NCBI GenBank assembly: GCA_965223325.1 | Contig: CBDCWI010000001.1 | Location: 224,001 to 288,000, forward strand | Reading direction: 5' to 3' | DNA: 64,000 bases | DNA from: Candidatus Multivoradales bacterium | Lineage (GTDB): Bacteria; Acidobacteriota; Thermoanaerobaculia; Multivoradales; Multivoraceae | Shown here: piece after piece, positions 50,701 through 58,820 of the stretch | Position numbering within the stretch: position 1 is the stretch's first letter | Layout of the letters: every line of letters begins with the position of its first letter | Program-made: the position numbers and the translations under genes | Notes under the pieces: generated by a model | The model's database searches: none | What the model saw: only the letters and a program-made list of their open reading frames with translations | Told to the model about the DNA's origin: nothing

Positions 50701-53700
50701 ATCGGTCGTCTGGCTGTCAGCAAGAACGCCATCGTCGCCATGGTCACCGTTGCCGTTTGGGTCGCTCCAGAGTTCGACGGTCGTATACGGGATGCCAGGC
50801 TCGCCGGCCTCCTGGACACCGTTGCTCGCGGTTCCGCCGCCATTGCCGTTGTCGGCAAAGACCGTGTCGCCGATCGTGCCCGCCGGGTCGATCCCCACCG
50901 TCGCCGTGTCGGTGGCGGTATTGACCGGGTCGCCGTTGAGGAAGTGGCCACCTGTCGAGGTTGCGGTGTTGGTCGTCGATGCGGAGTCGGGCTCGCCATC
51001 ACTGTCGGCGTCAGGAGGCTGCAGGGCCCTGAACGTCACATTGAGGAGCTTCGACTGACCGCCTGACACCGGCCCGACATCACTCCAGGAGAGCGTGCCG
51101 GTGTTGGCGTAGGGCGTCGCCCCGTAGGTCACACTGGTCGGATCCATATCTGCGGAGACGAACTCGAGAAGATCAGCATCGAACACGTCGCTAAGCGGCA
51201 GCGGACTCATGGTGTCGGCGCCGGCTCCGCTACAGGTATCCGCGGTGACTCGAAAGCCGATCGCGTCGACAAACAGCAGCGCTGCGTCGGAACTCTGGCG
51301 CTTCTTGGTGTCGATGCGAACAAAGAAGGCCGGATCAGGAAAAGTCGACCAGGACCAGGTGCGCCCCGAGGTGACGTCGAGGGCGATCGTGCCCGCGTTG
51401 GCGATCGGCGCATAGGTGTTGAGCTGGGCCGTGTCCACCGTGTTGACTACTTCGGTGGCACTGGCATCCGGGTACACGACTTCGATGAAGTCATCGACCA
51501 GCGCCTGATCGAGGTAGAGCGGCAGCAGCAGTTCGACCTTCTGGATGGTTCCCGACTGCGACCCGAAGTCGAAGTCGAGCACGCCGTAGTCGGGGTTGGC
51601 GAGTCCAAAGGACGCAGACGTGAACGTACCGTTGGGCCCGTGGATGTCGTCGACTCCGTTGCTCTGGTTGGCCCAGCCGGACGTCACGGACGTGTCTAGG
51701 GTGGTTGTCCACGCCGTCAGTTGGCAGCCACCCACCGGTCCGCGAGTGTTCTGAAGATCGATCGAGTAGCTCACCAGCTGACCTTCGAGGGCCGGATCGG
51801 GGGTGGTGAGCGTCTTGGTGACGATCAGACTCGGCAGGTAGCCGAAGTCGGCATCGTTCCAGGGGCTTGCCAGGGCTCCGCCGAGGTCGGTTGCGACGGC
51901 GATCTCATCGGTGGTCGCGGTGTAGCCAAACGGAAAGTCGGGATCGCTCCGATCGACCCTGATCAGGAAATCGCCATCGGGCAGGCTGGCAAACGAGTAC
52001 GCGCCGAGCGAGTCGGTCGCCGTGGTACGCACCAGAATGTCACCGGAATCCATCGCACCATCGCCGTTCTTGTCCCAGTACAACTCAACATCGACGTTGG
52101 CGATGCCGGGCTCACCGGCGTCCTTCGTCGCGTCCTGGTCGTCATCACGCCAGACCGTGTCGCCGACCGTGTTGGTTCCCAGAACGAGCGTCACCGCACT
52201 GTCTTCGAGAAACGCCGGCGCGCCGCCAAACGATGTGCCACCCGTGTTCTCGACGAACGGTGGCCCGCTGAATGGCGAGTCCACGGTGACGTCAAAGGAC
52301 CCAGTCACCGTGCCGGTGCTCGGTAGTGCATCCGAGAGCCACCACTGAATGTCGGTTACGCCGCTGGCCGGAACCGGCTCGGTCGTCGCCCAGCTCTGAC
52401 CACCGTCGGTTGAGAAAAGGATGCTGGCCGCCGTCGACGGGCTGTAGCCGAGGGTTGTCGATGCGCTGCCCGCGACGTAGGACGCGTTGGACGGAATTGT
52501 GTCGACGAGCACGATCGGCATGCCGAGATCGGGTCGACCCAGGTCCTGCGCGCCTGTGTTGGTGACCATCAGGTCGTAGGAGAGGGTGCCACCGGCGGCG
52601 ATCTCGGCCAGGTCGACGGCTTTGCTGAATGTCGCCTCGGCAGGAGTTGTTCCAATGACCGGCAGGCCAACGCCATAGTCGCCCGAGAACTTCTCGGTGT
52701 TCGACCCGGAGGCCGACTCCTGGTACGGAGACAGCGAAACCGAGCAGTCGCCGCGCAGGGCGAGGTACTGGTAGTGAACCTCGCCGGTCACGCCGTTGTT
52801 GTCGGGCGGAAGGTGCGTGAAGTAGAGCTCGTCCTCGAAGTTGATGATCTGATCCGGGTTGCCTCCGGAGCGGCTGATCGTCAGCGTGCCCCACGTCTTG
52901 ATGAGGCGAAGACAGGTCGGGTCAAAGCTCGGGTCGCCAACCGGCTGCAGCCAGGCGTTGTAGTCGAACAAGAGGTCGCCATCGTTGTCGAAGCCTTTGT
53001 TGACGATTCCGAGGTCGTAGTTCACGCCGTTCGAAGTCACCGTTTCGCCTGGTTCGACGGTGTCCAGGTTGGTGTTGAACCAGGTGCCGCCACTGGGGAA
53101 GATCTTGTTGGCGTTGGCCGAGATCTCGCTACGCATCGTCCCAGTCGCCGTTTCTGTGTCAGAAGGACCCTCGGCTGACACCGCCCAGATGTCGTACTCG
53201 AGCCACAGATCGTCGGCGGTGACGTTGGAGACTCCAAAGACTGGCGCGCCTGTGTTGTTGGGGTTGCCGCGCCGGGGATAGGTCAGATGCCAGTACTGGC
53301 GCGCACATTCGCCGGGGGCGAGGGTGCCGACCCAACGAGTCGCATCGACCACATCACCAATGTGCGTAAAGGAGTACAACCCGGTGTGAGCGAGCTGCGG
53401 GTGTTCGGCCACGAAACCAGCCGTCGCACTGTCGCGCACCGGGTAGGTACCCGGAGTGTTGGCCGCCTGGTCTCCGATCTTCATCTGCACCCCGGAGAGG
53501 GCTGCGTCACCGATGTTGCAGGCGCGTCCTGAGATCGTGGCGATCTCGGGCGCGAACGTCGAAGGAGAGGTGACGTTCGAATCGACCACGAAGTTCGGCC
53601 CGGCGCTGATCGTCACCTCGAGCTGGCCCGCCGCATGAGCGGTCCCGGCTACGCCGACCAGCAGAAGGTGGACGACCAGGAGCGAGAGCATCCAGGGCCA

Positions 53701-53796
53701 TCTGGTGGCGGCTGCGTGAGAGTGCGTGCGACCCTTGGGGGCACGAAGAAGATTGGGCAAGAGCTGGGGCCTTTGCGGCAGATGAAAAGACAGCAC
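41722..53796 (-). CDS. Giant (~4000 aa) secreted adhesin-protease: DUF11-like and many SdrD-B/Cna-B-like repeats, C-terminal gingipain-like peptidase C25
   Basis: Repeated IGDRVW.D.DGDG..D.GE.G...DFGY units; C25 motifs EYLVIAP, VLVGKG, VGRIPV, NYIGHG, LTC, YNLIGDP. Start uncertain (GTG 53796 or ATG 53691 before the signal peptide MLSLLVVHLLLVGVAGTAHA). Confidence 0.9.
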   Translation of the reverse strand: MLSFHLPQRPQLLPNLLRAPKGRTHSHAAATRWPWMLSLLVVHLLLVGVAGTAHAAGQLEVTISAGPNFVVDSNVTSPSTFAPEIATISGRACNIGDAALSGVQMKIGDQAANTPGTYPVRDSATAGFVAEHPQLAHTGLYSFTHIGDVVDATRWVGTLAPGECARQYWHLTYPRRGNPNNTGAPVFGVSNVTADDLWLEYDIWAVSAEGPSDTETATGTMRSEISANANKIFPSGGTWFNTNLDTVEPGETVTSNGVNYDLGIVNKGFDNDGDLLFDYNAWLQPVGDPSFDPTCLRLIKTWGTLTISRSGGNPDQIINFEDELYFTHLPPDNNGVTGEVHYQYLALRGDCSVSLSPYQESASGSNTEKFSGDYGVGLPVIGTTPAEATFSKAVDLAEIAAGGTLSYDLMVTNTGAQDLGRPDLGMPIVLVDTIPSNASYVAGSASTTLGYSPSTAASILFSTDGGQSWATTEPVPASGVTDIQWWLSDALPSTGTVTGSFDVTVDSPFSGPPFVENTGGTSFGGAPAFLEDSAVTLVLGTNTVGDTVWRDDDQDATKDAGEPGIANVDVELYWDKNGDGAMDSGDILVRTTATDSLGAYSFASLPDGDFLIRVDRSDPDFPFGYTATTDEIAVATDLGGALASPWNDADFGYLPSLIVTKTLTTPDPALEGQLVSYSIDLQNTRGPVGGCQLTAWTTTLDTSVTSGWANQSNGVDDIHGPNGTFTSASFGLANPDYGVLDFDFGSQSGTIQKVELLLPLYLDQALVDDFIEVVYPDASATEVVNTVDTAQLNTYAPIANAGTIALDVTSGRTWSWSTFPDPAFFVRIDTKKRQSSDAALLFVDAIGFRVTADTCSGAGADTMSPLPLSDVFDADLLEFVSADMDPTSVTYGATPYANTGTLSWSDVGPVSGGQSKLLNVTFRALQPPDADSDGEPDSASTTNTATSTGGHFLNGDPVNTATDTATVGIDPAGTIGDTVFADNGNGGGTASNGVQEAGEPGIPYTTVELWSDPNGNGDHGDDGVLADSQTTDATGTYLFTAVTDGNWVVVVIPPSLPGATWTATGDPDEAGVCTVCNDRGSAVINSHNGSTANDDDLSLDFGYIIPNTIFGSLWNDHDGDAVQDDGENGIGGVTIQVQDCGVDAICGNGDDGATRFTTTGADGSWTQSDLPDGNYQAVVDTTTLPAGGTWTQTVDTDVTLDDRTTATQTLAGGALSGHHDFAYTQSGNSTLGDTVFVDWNANGTEEVAEEGIGSVTVWLYEDQDGDGAVNHATDALVATTVTAADGSYSFSNLPAGNWIVVVDLADPDLPAGAILTADPDQPGLCSACDSRASAITDGTASVTTLDFGYQPTGTARIGDTVFADDDGDGVLDPTEIGLENIRVVLFEDTNANGVIDASDAVVRVASTDASGHYEFSGLAAGRYLVDVDELDSDLPNDGNGNRYTLTTQNDEELVVLTTGETRTDLDFGFAPGGSIGNGVWRDDDRDSLQDAEEPGVPNATVNLYVDVNQNGVYDAGTDTLYTSAVTDALGQYEFVSLPSDYYVVVLDLTDPDLPSSTVTGDPDESGPCIVCDGEFGFFLPPTNIVKYADIGVMAPGVIGDTVWLDANSDGVYDPVTENGLYFVQVDLLDNLGAVIDTTNTDADGHYAFADLADGNYTVRVMTGTLPPNVVLGYDPDEGNNCTVCDHRGAVTIASGNVDNTIDFGYRVGAATNLTIQKTSSAGGGPVNPGAAINYTIVVTNTGTAPATQIAVSDPIPAGASFVPPSSVTAPVSVVSDYRDDFTATYPAAYNGSDGAIDWTPQAWAEISDDGVTTTGDVTIATDLGDLSMRIARAGNGAQRAFDLTGAASAEISLEYRRINFSAASDFVNLDVSYDNGASWTTLGSFGGAGTDAAYVARSYTLPPASYNDGNPADNLLRLLSSGLKSNGSEYLWADAIKVETTTRQLQTVAGNSPPLVVAVSDGYTLLGGESMTINLSVQVDNPPAAGLSQILNQAGAVSLETINPVFDLAIDKLASGGALGDRVWLDADGDGVQDIGEPGLANVTVELWDAGADNAVGGGDDTLVATAQTDLEGAYLFSALGPGVYFVAVDDTTRPSGLSLSGTVTDPSTTRTVIANEEARDLDFGYAPTDTTAATIGDRVWSDGDGDGIQDPGEVGIRGVTIHLNNASGTTVSSTTTAADGSYLFTGVTPGDYTVAVAAADLASGGVLDGYSATVGAQSIGGSTSPPLSVNPSTVYLQADFGFSSASTYEIRDRVWFDANANGLVDVGESGIPDVSINLLDDQGRVVATVASASDGSFSFDGVATGSYTIQMSDNYLELLGLTGTTAAGLAFEKGVLLASADLAASSFGYNVPGAVGDRLFSDADGDGVHDPGEPGISGATVTLWTDVDGNGVLDTTVDTLHATTLTDASGWYRFEGLAGGTWFASVDGSQAALAAYTATTSDQETGPNAAGVQIEAVLISSAAGYLDADFGFRNNALADISGNVFNDLDLDGIDDGAAEPGFAAVTLDLHDSGGVVIASVITDASGDYTFYDLPAGTYSVRVTDEAGALRDAVLTSGFDELPIVLSSSNVTGVDFGYNRTEEAGAIGDRVWFDADRDGILDSSESGLPLVTLELYEDDGDGLYDAGDTLVASVETDINGRYRFDGLTAGTYFVDPDESTLASGFAATTGTGAVSGAIALSEAEFYDRADFGYAPSTGSSIGDTVFFDRDGDGFQDPGEAGIAGVKVTITGPGGYSTVVTTGADGRYLATGVTTTGGYTAAVDTTTLPAGFDPQPTIYPSATISFGVTAGTDWLFADFGFRELVAGSTAATVGDLVFVDLDGNGSFDGSDFGLEDVTVDLLNDSGVVIASSVTDASGNYDFSGILAGDYQVAVSDAAGALWGLNLTAGSDPTATITLAAGDDYNLADFGYAPSGGSGAIGDLVWHDKNDDGDLDADESGIEGVTLRLWHDTNANGVLDVGIDNLLRSAVTNSNGGYFFLGLPAPASYLVELTDVVSVLESLARTTGAVNVNDNSQQNPHPVTLTSSRAPTSLVSDFGYSVSGTSYAISGVTYFDNDGDATLEPPLERGIGGNAVFLFRDLDGDGVLDASDPLFGSTTSAADGSYTFAGLPANSDWIIAVDTTGTFLAGSQQTTQTGTAAVQPVAIAAANVPNQHFGFTRPATEVLLTRFEARLQSGGAVVEWETASENGTLGFDLYRAAPDGSWVRVNEHLIVADPSAYAGASYAVLDGAADPAVVSTYLLEEIEVGSRVKSYGPFRVTASGAVSRFLDDDVLVTPHGATALDAQRLAERRAAGLARRVSLERSAGGASGLLLETDEVGLYRVPAAQLASFFDLTLDEVRARLANGSFRLRNQYAGHRRRNGVGWFSRGDALFFWAEAAGSMSAWNAYALDLAPGSVGTVLPGGRATSGQARWVSTRTRVEQNVFAATAAARDPYSEFWFQAVLVGSHPAAGSRTVEIGAPGLSAAAHTAEVTLALFAATESLADTDHHLTLYANGQHAGSVSFDGRGRHEVRFSLPSRHLEPGTNTLELVATRPDGVPSSIFYLDSVELRYLSVPTVGAEGLLFTTVSVEPTVLDGFVDQNIVVADVTEPDLPRLIEMEVQAGTSAPFAVHFVPEQSGHLIFAAQAAAVAEPRYRAMAGAELTDPDDGGAEYLVIAPESLVAGAEDLAEMKRSTGLSARVVTLESIFDGFALGTPEPDALRRFLGHAWSTWRTPPRYAVLVGKGSFDYRDHRGLGTNLVPPLLIETPNGLYASDMVLGDVDGDDAVPEVVVGRIPVLTNEELGLYLDKLAAAHAGASGADRVLLLADDGDQAGDFAADSDRIWAEVPQSLSSERVYLDQIGADAARAAVRERLDDGLLWLNYIGHGGLDRLTAEGVLTTADVASLAGRGRLPVVTSLTCSVGRFEFPGLTALSEALVVVPDRGALAVWGPSGLSVNSAAVDLDASLTEYLFDPASESLGAAIRRALEAFPHESSIPHLPRIYNLIGDPALPLDAFQGGEVPDLPVLFADDFESGGVEAWSLVR

Positions 53797-53839
53797 GCGA
53801 CCGACGAACGAAAGAGTTCGTCGGCAAGGTGACCCCGAT

Positions 53840-53868
53840 ATTGTATCGCAAATCTTCGATAAGACGAA
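53840..53868 (-). promoter_or_regulatory. Putative sigma70 promoter for the giant adhesin gene
   Basis: Minus strand TTCGTC-N17-TACAAT in an AT-rich patch; the -35 match is weak. Confidence 0.4.
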
Positions 53869-53967
53869 AATCTCTCTTTTGCAGAATTTCACCAGCAAGC
53901 GGGCTCAATCCAAGCCCACCCTTCCCCACCTCCCTCAGGGGCTGGTCCAACCTGTGCTCTCAGAAGC

Positions 53968-53990
53968 TCGAGCCCCAGAAAGGGGCTCGA
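53968..53990 (-). terminator. Stem-loop just downstream of the acyl-CoA synthetase stop
   Basis: TCGAGCCCC-AGAAA-GGGGCTCGA, a perfect 9-bp stem; weak U-tract. Confidence 0.55.
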
Positions 53991-54002
53991 CGTGGGGTCT
54001 CT

Positions 54003-55613
54003 CTAGCCGAACTTCCCCTTCTCCCACATCTCGCGCAAGGCGAACTTCTGGATCTTCCCCGAACCGGTGAGCGGGAACTCATCGACGTGGTACCAGAGCT
54101 TTGGCGTCTTGGTGGGCGCCAGGGTCTGCCTCAGGTGATCGTGCAGTTCGAGGTCCTGGGCCGGGTTGTCGGGATCGGCGTCGCGAATGAAGGCGGCGAC
54201 GTTCTCCCCCCACTTCGGGTCGGGTAGACCAACGACCGCGACCTCGGCGACCTGAGGATGCTCGAAAAGGACCTCTTCGATTTCGCGCGGATAGATGTTC
54301 TCTCCGCCACGGATGATCATGTCTTTGAGCCGACCGGTGATGGTCGTATAGCCGCGCTCATCCATGGTGACCAGATCACCCGTATGAAGCCAGCCGTCCT
54401 TGTCGATTGCCTCGCGTGTCTTCTCCGGCATGTCGAAGTACTCGAGCATCACCAGGTAGCCGCGGGTGCAGAGCTCACCCTGGGTGCCCACCGGCACGAT
54501 CTCACCGCTGTCTGGATCGATGACCTTGATCTCGGTTTGCGGCAGCGCCGGCCCGAGAGTGTTGGCTTTATCTTCGGGGGTGTCTTTGGGTCTGGCCAGA
54601 GTGATCGCTGGCGAAGACTCGGTCTGACCGTAGACGATCGAGAAGTCGACGCCCAGCTCTGATTCGATGCGCCGCACCAGATCGGCGGGTACGGTCGAGC
54701 CTCCGGAGCAAACGTTTCGGACTCGGCTGAGATCGCGTTGTTTGAAAAGAGGGTGCTCCATGGCGGCGATCAGCATGGTCGGAACGCCGAGCATGTGGGT
54801 GCCCTTTTCGCTCTCGAGGAGCTCGAGCATCAGGCCCGGTTCGAACTGCACCATGCAGACGTGGGTTCCGCCCTTCTGCACCGGCGCCAGAGTTCCAATG
54901 ACGCAGCCCCCCGTATGAAAGAGCGGCATTGGATTGACGTAGACGTCGCCCTCGCGAACGTCGAAGCGCTCGGCGAACAAGCGCGCGTTGTTGGTGATGC
55001 CGCGGTGATGCAGGAAGGCACCTTTGGGGAAGCCGGTGGTTCCCGAGGTGTACTGGATCTGCACCGGGTCGTCGGGGGAGACGTCGGGCAGACCCTGGTC
55101 GCTGTCGGTCGAATCGAGAAACGCCTGCCAGTCGTCGAACGAGATCACCTCTCGAAGACTCGGCAGGTCTGGGCGGACCTGCTCGAGGGAGCGGCCCATC
55201 GGGTTGCCGCGGAACTCGGGCAGGTAGAAGATGCCCACCGAACCCGACTGCTCGAGCACGTAGTGCAGCTCTTTAGGCTGGTAGGCGGGATTCACCGTCA
55301 CCAGGACCACCCCGGCCAGGGCTGCGCCGAACTCGAGCACCACCCACTCGGGAATGTTGGGAGCCCACACCGCGACCCGCTCGCCCTTGGCAAAGCGGGC
55401 AGCCAACGCGCGGCCCGCGCGCTCGGCTTCGGCAAGCAGCTCCGCGTAGGTCCAGCGCCGTCGCTCCTCGTACTCGGGGATGCCCTCGACCAGCGCGACG
55501 CGGGCGGGCCATTTCGCCGCCGCTTCGTGCAGAACACTGCCGACGGTGGTTTCAAGAATCGGCGATGTCTCATCGGCCGGGACGAAACTGTACTCAGGAA
55601 GGGTCTTCGTCAT
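54003..55613 (-). CDS. AMP-binding acyl-CoA synthetase (ACSF2/FadD-like)
   Basis: YTSGTTGFPKG, PLFH, YGQTE, GWLHTGD, GRLKDMIIRGGENIYP, PLTGSGKIQK. Confidence 0.96.
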   Translation of the reverse strand: MTKTLPEYSFVPADETSPILETTVGSVLHEAAAKWPARVALVEGIPEYEERRRWTYAELLAEAERAGRALAARFAKGERVAVWAPNIPEWVVLEFGAALAGVVLVTVNPAYQPKELHYVLEQSGSVGIFYLPEFRGNPMGRSLEQVRPDLPSLREVISFDDWQAFLDSTDSDQGLPDVSPDDPVQIQYTSGTTGFPKGAFLHHRGITNNARLFAERFDVREGDVYVNPMPLFHTGGCVIGTLAPVQKGGTHVCMVQFEPGLMLELLESEKGTHMLGVPTMLIAAMEHPLFKQRDLSRVRNVCSGGSTVPADLVRRIESELGVDFSIVYGQTESSPAITLARPKDTPEDKANTLGPALPQTEIKVIDPDSGEIVPVGTQGELCTRGYLVMLEYFDMPEKTREAIDKDGWLHTGDLVTMDERGYTTITGRLKDMIIRGGENIYPREIEEVLFEHPQVAEVAVVGLPDPKWGENVAAFIRDADPDNPAQDLELHDHLRQTLAPTKTPKLWYHVDEFPLTGSGKIQKFALREMWEKGKFG

Positions 55614-55687
55614 GGCATACCTGCCTGGAGTTGTGAAGAAGGTTCTCCGATGTTAGCGATCGCCGTTTGCAGGGGTCGGGCCCGACG

Positions 55688-56197
55688 TCACGCGCCCGGC
55701 CCTGACGACCCGGAGCTGGTGCGCCAGGCCGCTACCTCATCGAACCACCGCCGTGACCCCGGCCACAAGAGGAGGCCGAGGGTGAGACCCGTCAAGAGCG
55801 CCAGACCCAGCGCGGCAAGCGAGTAAGGACCCCGCACTGCGATCATGAGAAGTCGCAGGGCCAGATAGACAATCAAGACGCCGGCTGCCCAACGATGCCC
55901 CCGGCGCATCAGCCGCCGAGCAACGATGACGACCGGGATCAGCAGCAGGAAGAGAAGCGGGCTCCCGAAGCTCCCAGGAACGAGCGGCCCGTCACCGAGC
56001 ATCTGAAGCAACTCGAAGCGCTCACCGGAAACGCCGTCGATGAAGTGACCCATCTTCGCCCTCATCGTCCTCACGATCAGGAAGATCCGCGCGCCAATCA
56101 GAACGTAGACGAGGGCGAACGCCACCCGCAACGCGACGGGCGGCCGAGGTCTGGAGGGATCTTTCATCGCCAGCGTTGGTACGGGTACCGCGGGCAC
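55688..56197 (-). CDS. Hypothetical membrane protein (about 4 transmembrane helices)
   Basis: RPPVAL start, hydrophobic helices, ends LLWPGSRRWF; start could be ATG 56167. Confidence 0.65.
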   Translation of the reverse strand: MPAVPVPTLAMKDPSRPRPPVALRVAFALVYVLIGARIFLIVRTMRAKMGHFIDGVSGERFELLQMLGDGPLVPGSFGSPLLFLLLIPVVIVARRLMRRGHRWAAGVLIVYLALRLLMIAVRGPYSLAALGLALLTGLTLGLLLWPGSRRWFDEVAAWRTSSGSSGPGA

Positions 56198-56207
56198 CGG
56201 TTGCGAA

Positions 56208-56236
56208 GGGGCTCGGAAACAGAGCTCCCGAGCCCC
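56208..56236. terminator. Stem-loop between two minus-strand genes
   Basis: GGGCTCGG...CCGAGCCC arms flanking an 11-nt loop. Confidence 0.4.
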
Positions 56237-56304
56237 CGACCTCCGGGCAAACGAGAGCGCCCCGCGTTCGCGTGGCGCTCGTGAGTTTGGCCTGGGTGTG
56301 GCGC

Positions 56305-56772
56305 CTACTTGAAGACCACCTGGCGCATGAGGTACTCACCGGTAATCGAACGAATCCCGGTGTATCCCTCGGTGTACTCGAAGGTCTCGTCCTCCGAGAT
56401 CTTCTTCTCGACCGCAGCGCGGAGCTTTAGAGCGACCGCCGGGTCGTTTCCCTTCTCGCGCTGCGCGAGACTGTCGAAGTTCACCACCAGAGTGACGTTG
56501 AACTCACCGCTTTCGGGCATCTCGCTGACGTAGATCGCGTGGCCACTGTTGAGACCGTGTTCCTGGGCAATCTTCGTTGCGGTGACCCAGGTCTGCTGCA
56601 GCCCAGCGAGATAGTGATCGATACGATTCGGCGACACCTTGACCGTCGTGACCGAGGCGACCGTGTCGCTCACCGTGTAGTCGCTGCCATAGGTCAACGC
56701 CTTCATCTGTGCCGACAGCGACCCCGCTCCCAACACACCCAACACCAAGAGGAAGAGGAAGAACTTCTTCAT
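56305..56772 (-). CDS. Secreted hypothetical protein (possible dimeric alpha+beta barrel)
   Basis: Clear Sec signal MKKFFLFLLVLGVLGAGSLSA; SD AAGGAG; the fold is a guess from the alternating pattern. Confidence 0.8.
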   Translation of the reverse strand: MKKFFLFLLVLGVLGAGSLSAQMKALTYGSDYTVSDTVASVTTVKVSPNRIDHYLAGLQQTWVTATKIAQEHGLNSGHAIYVSEMPESGEFNVTLVVNFDSLAQREKGNDPAVALKLRAAVEKKISEDETFEYTEGYTGIRSITGEYLMRQVVFK

Positions 56773-57056
56773 ACTGACTCCTTCGCGTGACGATGTTCTT
56801 GCCGCCGAGGGCGGCGCGGATGCTTCTGGAAGCCGGATCTACGCAAGTGACGTGCCGGACAGAATTCACCGGTGACAGGGCGCCTGAAGAAAGGGCCACT
56901 ATCCGTTCGGATTGTCGAGCTATCTCGACGGATAGCTTCTCCGGGGGGCCAGAAGCTGCGACCGGCAATAGCCGACGGCCATCGAATAGGACACAGACTG
57001 CTGCCGTACCACTGGGCGATTCTCCACCCGCAGGCGAAAGAAGAGGAATTCGACTC

Positions 57057-58790
57057 ATGAGTACTCGCTCGACCGTTCCGGACGGCCGCTACCGGTTGTG
57101 GCCCGGCGTCGCCCTGGTTGCGATCCAGGTTCTCGTCTGGGTCGCGGCCCACGAGCTGGTTTCGGGAGACGCCACTCCCTTCGTCGCCGCAAGCGGCATC
57201 GGCGGCGGCCTCGCCGTCGCTCTGTGGTGGCTGTTCGCCAGCCGTGCGGCACGCCCAGAACGCTGGTGGATCGCCGCCCTCGTCGGCCTGGTCCTGGCCC
57301 TCACCTGGCTCCTCGCCCACCCTTCGATTCGAAGAGGCGCGATGGGCTTTCAGTTCTTCATCTACGCACTACCCGTCTTCTCGCTGGTCTTTGTCGGCTG
57401 GGCTGCCTTCTTGGGTCGGCTTCCAGCCTCCAAGCGTTGGGCGGCGCTCCTGGTTGCGCTCGGACTGGCGTCGGCTGGTCTCTCTTTGACCAAGAGCGCT
57501 GGAGTCACTAGCGATGGTGCCGCGATGTTGCGCTGGCGCTGGACGCCGACGGCTGAGGAGCGCCTCCTCGCCGGCGCTGGCAGCTCCGCGACCAAGTCGA
57601 CGACCGACTCTGCCGATCGCAGCGAGCGCGACGCTCAGACCTCGGCCGACTGGCCGGGCCTACGCGGACCGAACCGTGACGCCACCATTCGCCACATCCG
57701 CATCGAAACCGATTGGTCTCGAAGTCCACCGATGGAGCTATGGCGAAGGCCGATCGGACCGGGCTGGTCTTCGGTGGCGATCTCCGGCGAACTGCTCTAC
57801 ACCCAGGAGCAGCGAGGCGAAATGGAACTGGTCTCGTGCTACCGCGCGAGCACCGGTGAACCGATCTGGACACACAGCGATAAAGCCCGCTTCTGGCAAT
57901 CGGAGTCCGGTGCCGGGCCACTGGCGACACCGGCGCTCGCCGAAGGCCGCGTGTTCACCCTCGGCGCCACCGGCATCCTGAACGCCCTCGACGCCACCAG
58001 CGGAAGCCTCTTGTGGTCGCACAACGCCGCAGCCCAGAACGAGGCCGAGCTTCCCCACTGGGGTTTCTCGAGTTCTCCACTGGTCGTCGATGACCAGGTC
58101 ATCGTCCAGACCGGACGCCTGGTCGCCTATGACGCTGCCACCGGCGCCCGAAAGTGGTCCGGTCCAGAGCACAGCGGCAGCCACAGTTCACCGCAGCTGA
58201 TCAACATCGCGGGTACCGACCAGGTCGTCATGCTGGGCTCCGGAAGCGCCTTTGCCTTCGCGCCGGCTGACGGAACACTCCTCTGGGAACACTCGCTACC
58301 GGGTTCGAGCATCGCGCAGCCCGCCGCCCTCCGCGATGGAATCCTGCTCGGCAGGATCAACGCCGCCGCGCAAGCAACCGGGATCAGACGCCTGCGAATC
58401 ACCAACCACGCACCCGCGTGGCAGGTCGAAGAGCGCTGGACTTCGAACCAACTCAAAACCGCCTTCAGCGACTTCGTCGTCCACAACGGCTCAGTCTTCG
58501 GTTTCGACGGCCGGATTCTCACCTGCCTCGACCTCGAGACCGGCGAGCGGCGTTGGAAGGGCGGCCGCTACGGCTCCGGCCAGCTGCTCCTGTTCGCCGA
58601 CCAGGACCTCCTGCTCGTTTTGTCCGAGCAAGGGGAACTCGCCCTTGTATCGGCCACTCCGGATGGCTACCAGGAACTGGCGCGCTTCCCGACCCTGCGC
58701 GGGAAATCCTGGAGTCATCCAGCGAGCGCTGGACACCTGTTGGTGGTGCGCAACGACGAGGAGATGGTCGCCCTGCGCCTCCCGGGTTGA
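57057..58790 (+). CDS. Membrane-anchored PQQ-like (BamB-type) beta-propeller protein
   Basis: About five N-terminal transmembrane helices; DWPGLRGPNRD, LWRRPIGPGWSS, repeated LDA.SG..LW/TGERRW blades; start ATG 57057 with SD GAGG. Confidence 0.88.
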   Translation: MSTRSTVPDGRYRLWPGVALVAIQVLVWVAAHELVSGDATPFVAASGIGGGLAVALWWLFASRAARPERWWIAALVGLVLALTWLLAHPSIRRGAMGFQFFIYALPVFSLVFVGWAAFLGRLPASKRWAALLVALGLASAGLSLTKSAGVTSDGAAMLRWRWTPTAEERLLAGAGSSATKSTTDSADRSERDAQTSADWPGLRGPNRDATIRHIRIETDWSRSPPMELWRRPIGPGWSSVAISGELLYTQEQRGEMELVSCYRASTGEPIWTHSDKARFWQSESGAGPLATPALAEGRVFTLGATGILNALDATSGSLLWSHNAAAQNEAELPHWGFSSSPLVVDDQVIVQTGRLVAYDAATGARKWSGPEHSGSHSSPQLINIAGTDQVVMLGSGSAFAFAPADGTLLWEHSLPGSSIAQPAALRDGILLGRINAAAQATGIRRLRITNHAPAWQVEERWTSNQLKTAFSDFVVHNGSVFGFDGRILTCLDLETGERRWKGGRYGSGQLLLFADQDLLLVLSEQGELALVSATPDGYQELARFPTLRGKSWSHPASAGHLLVVRNDEEMVALRLPG

Positions 58791-58820
58791 GCCACCGTCT
58801 CACGAAGGTAGGATTCTCCA

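Noticed and set aside
53797-53898. ORF-track N-terminal extensions (giant protein from 53898, GH9 from 37981, MBL from 10387, S14 from 21664, PQQ protein from 56787)
   Set aside because: They overlap neighbouring genes, repeats or promoter-like DNA, and better starts with SD or signal peptide lie downstream.
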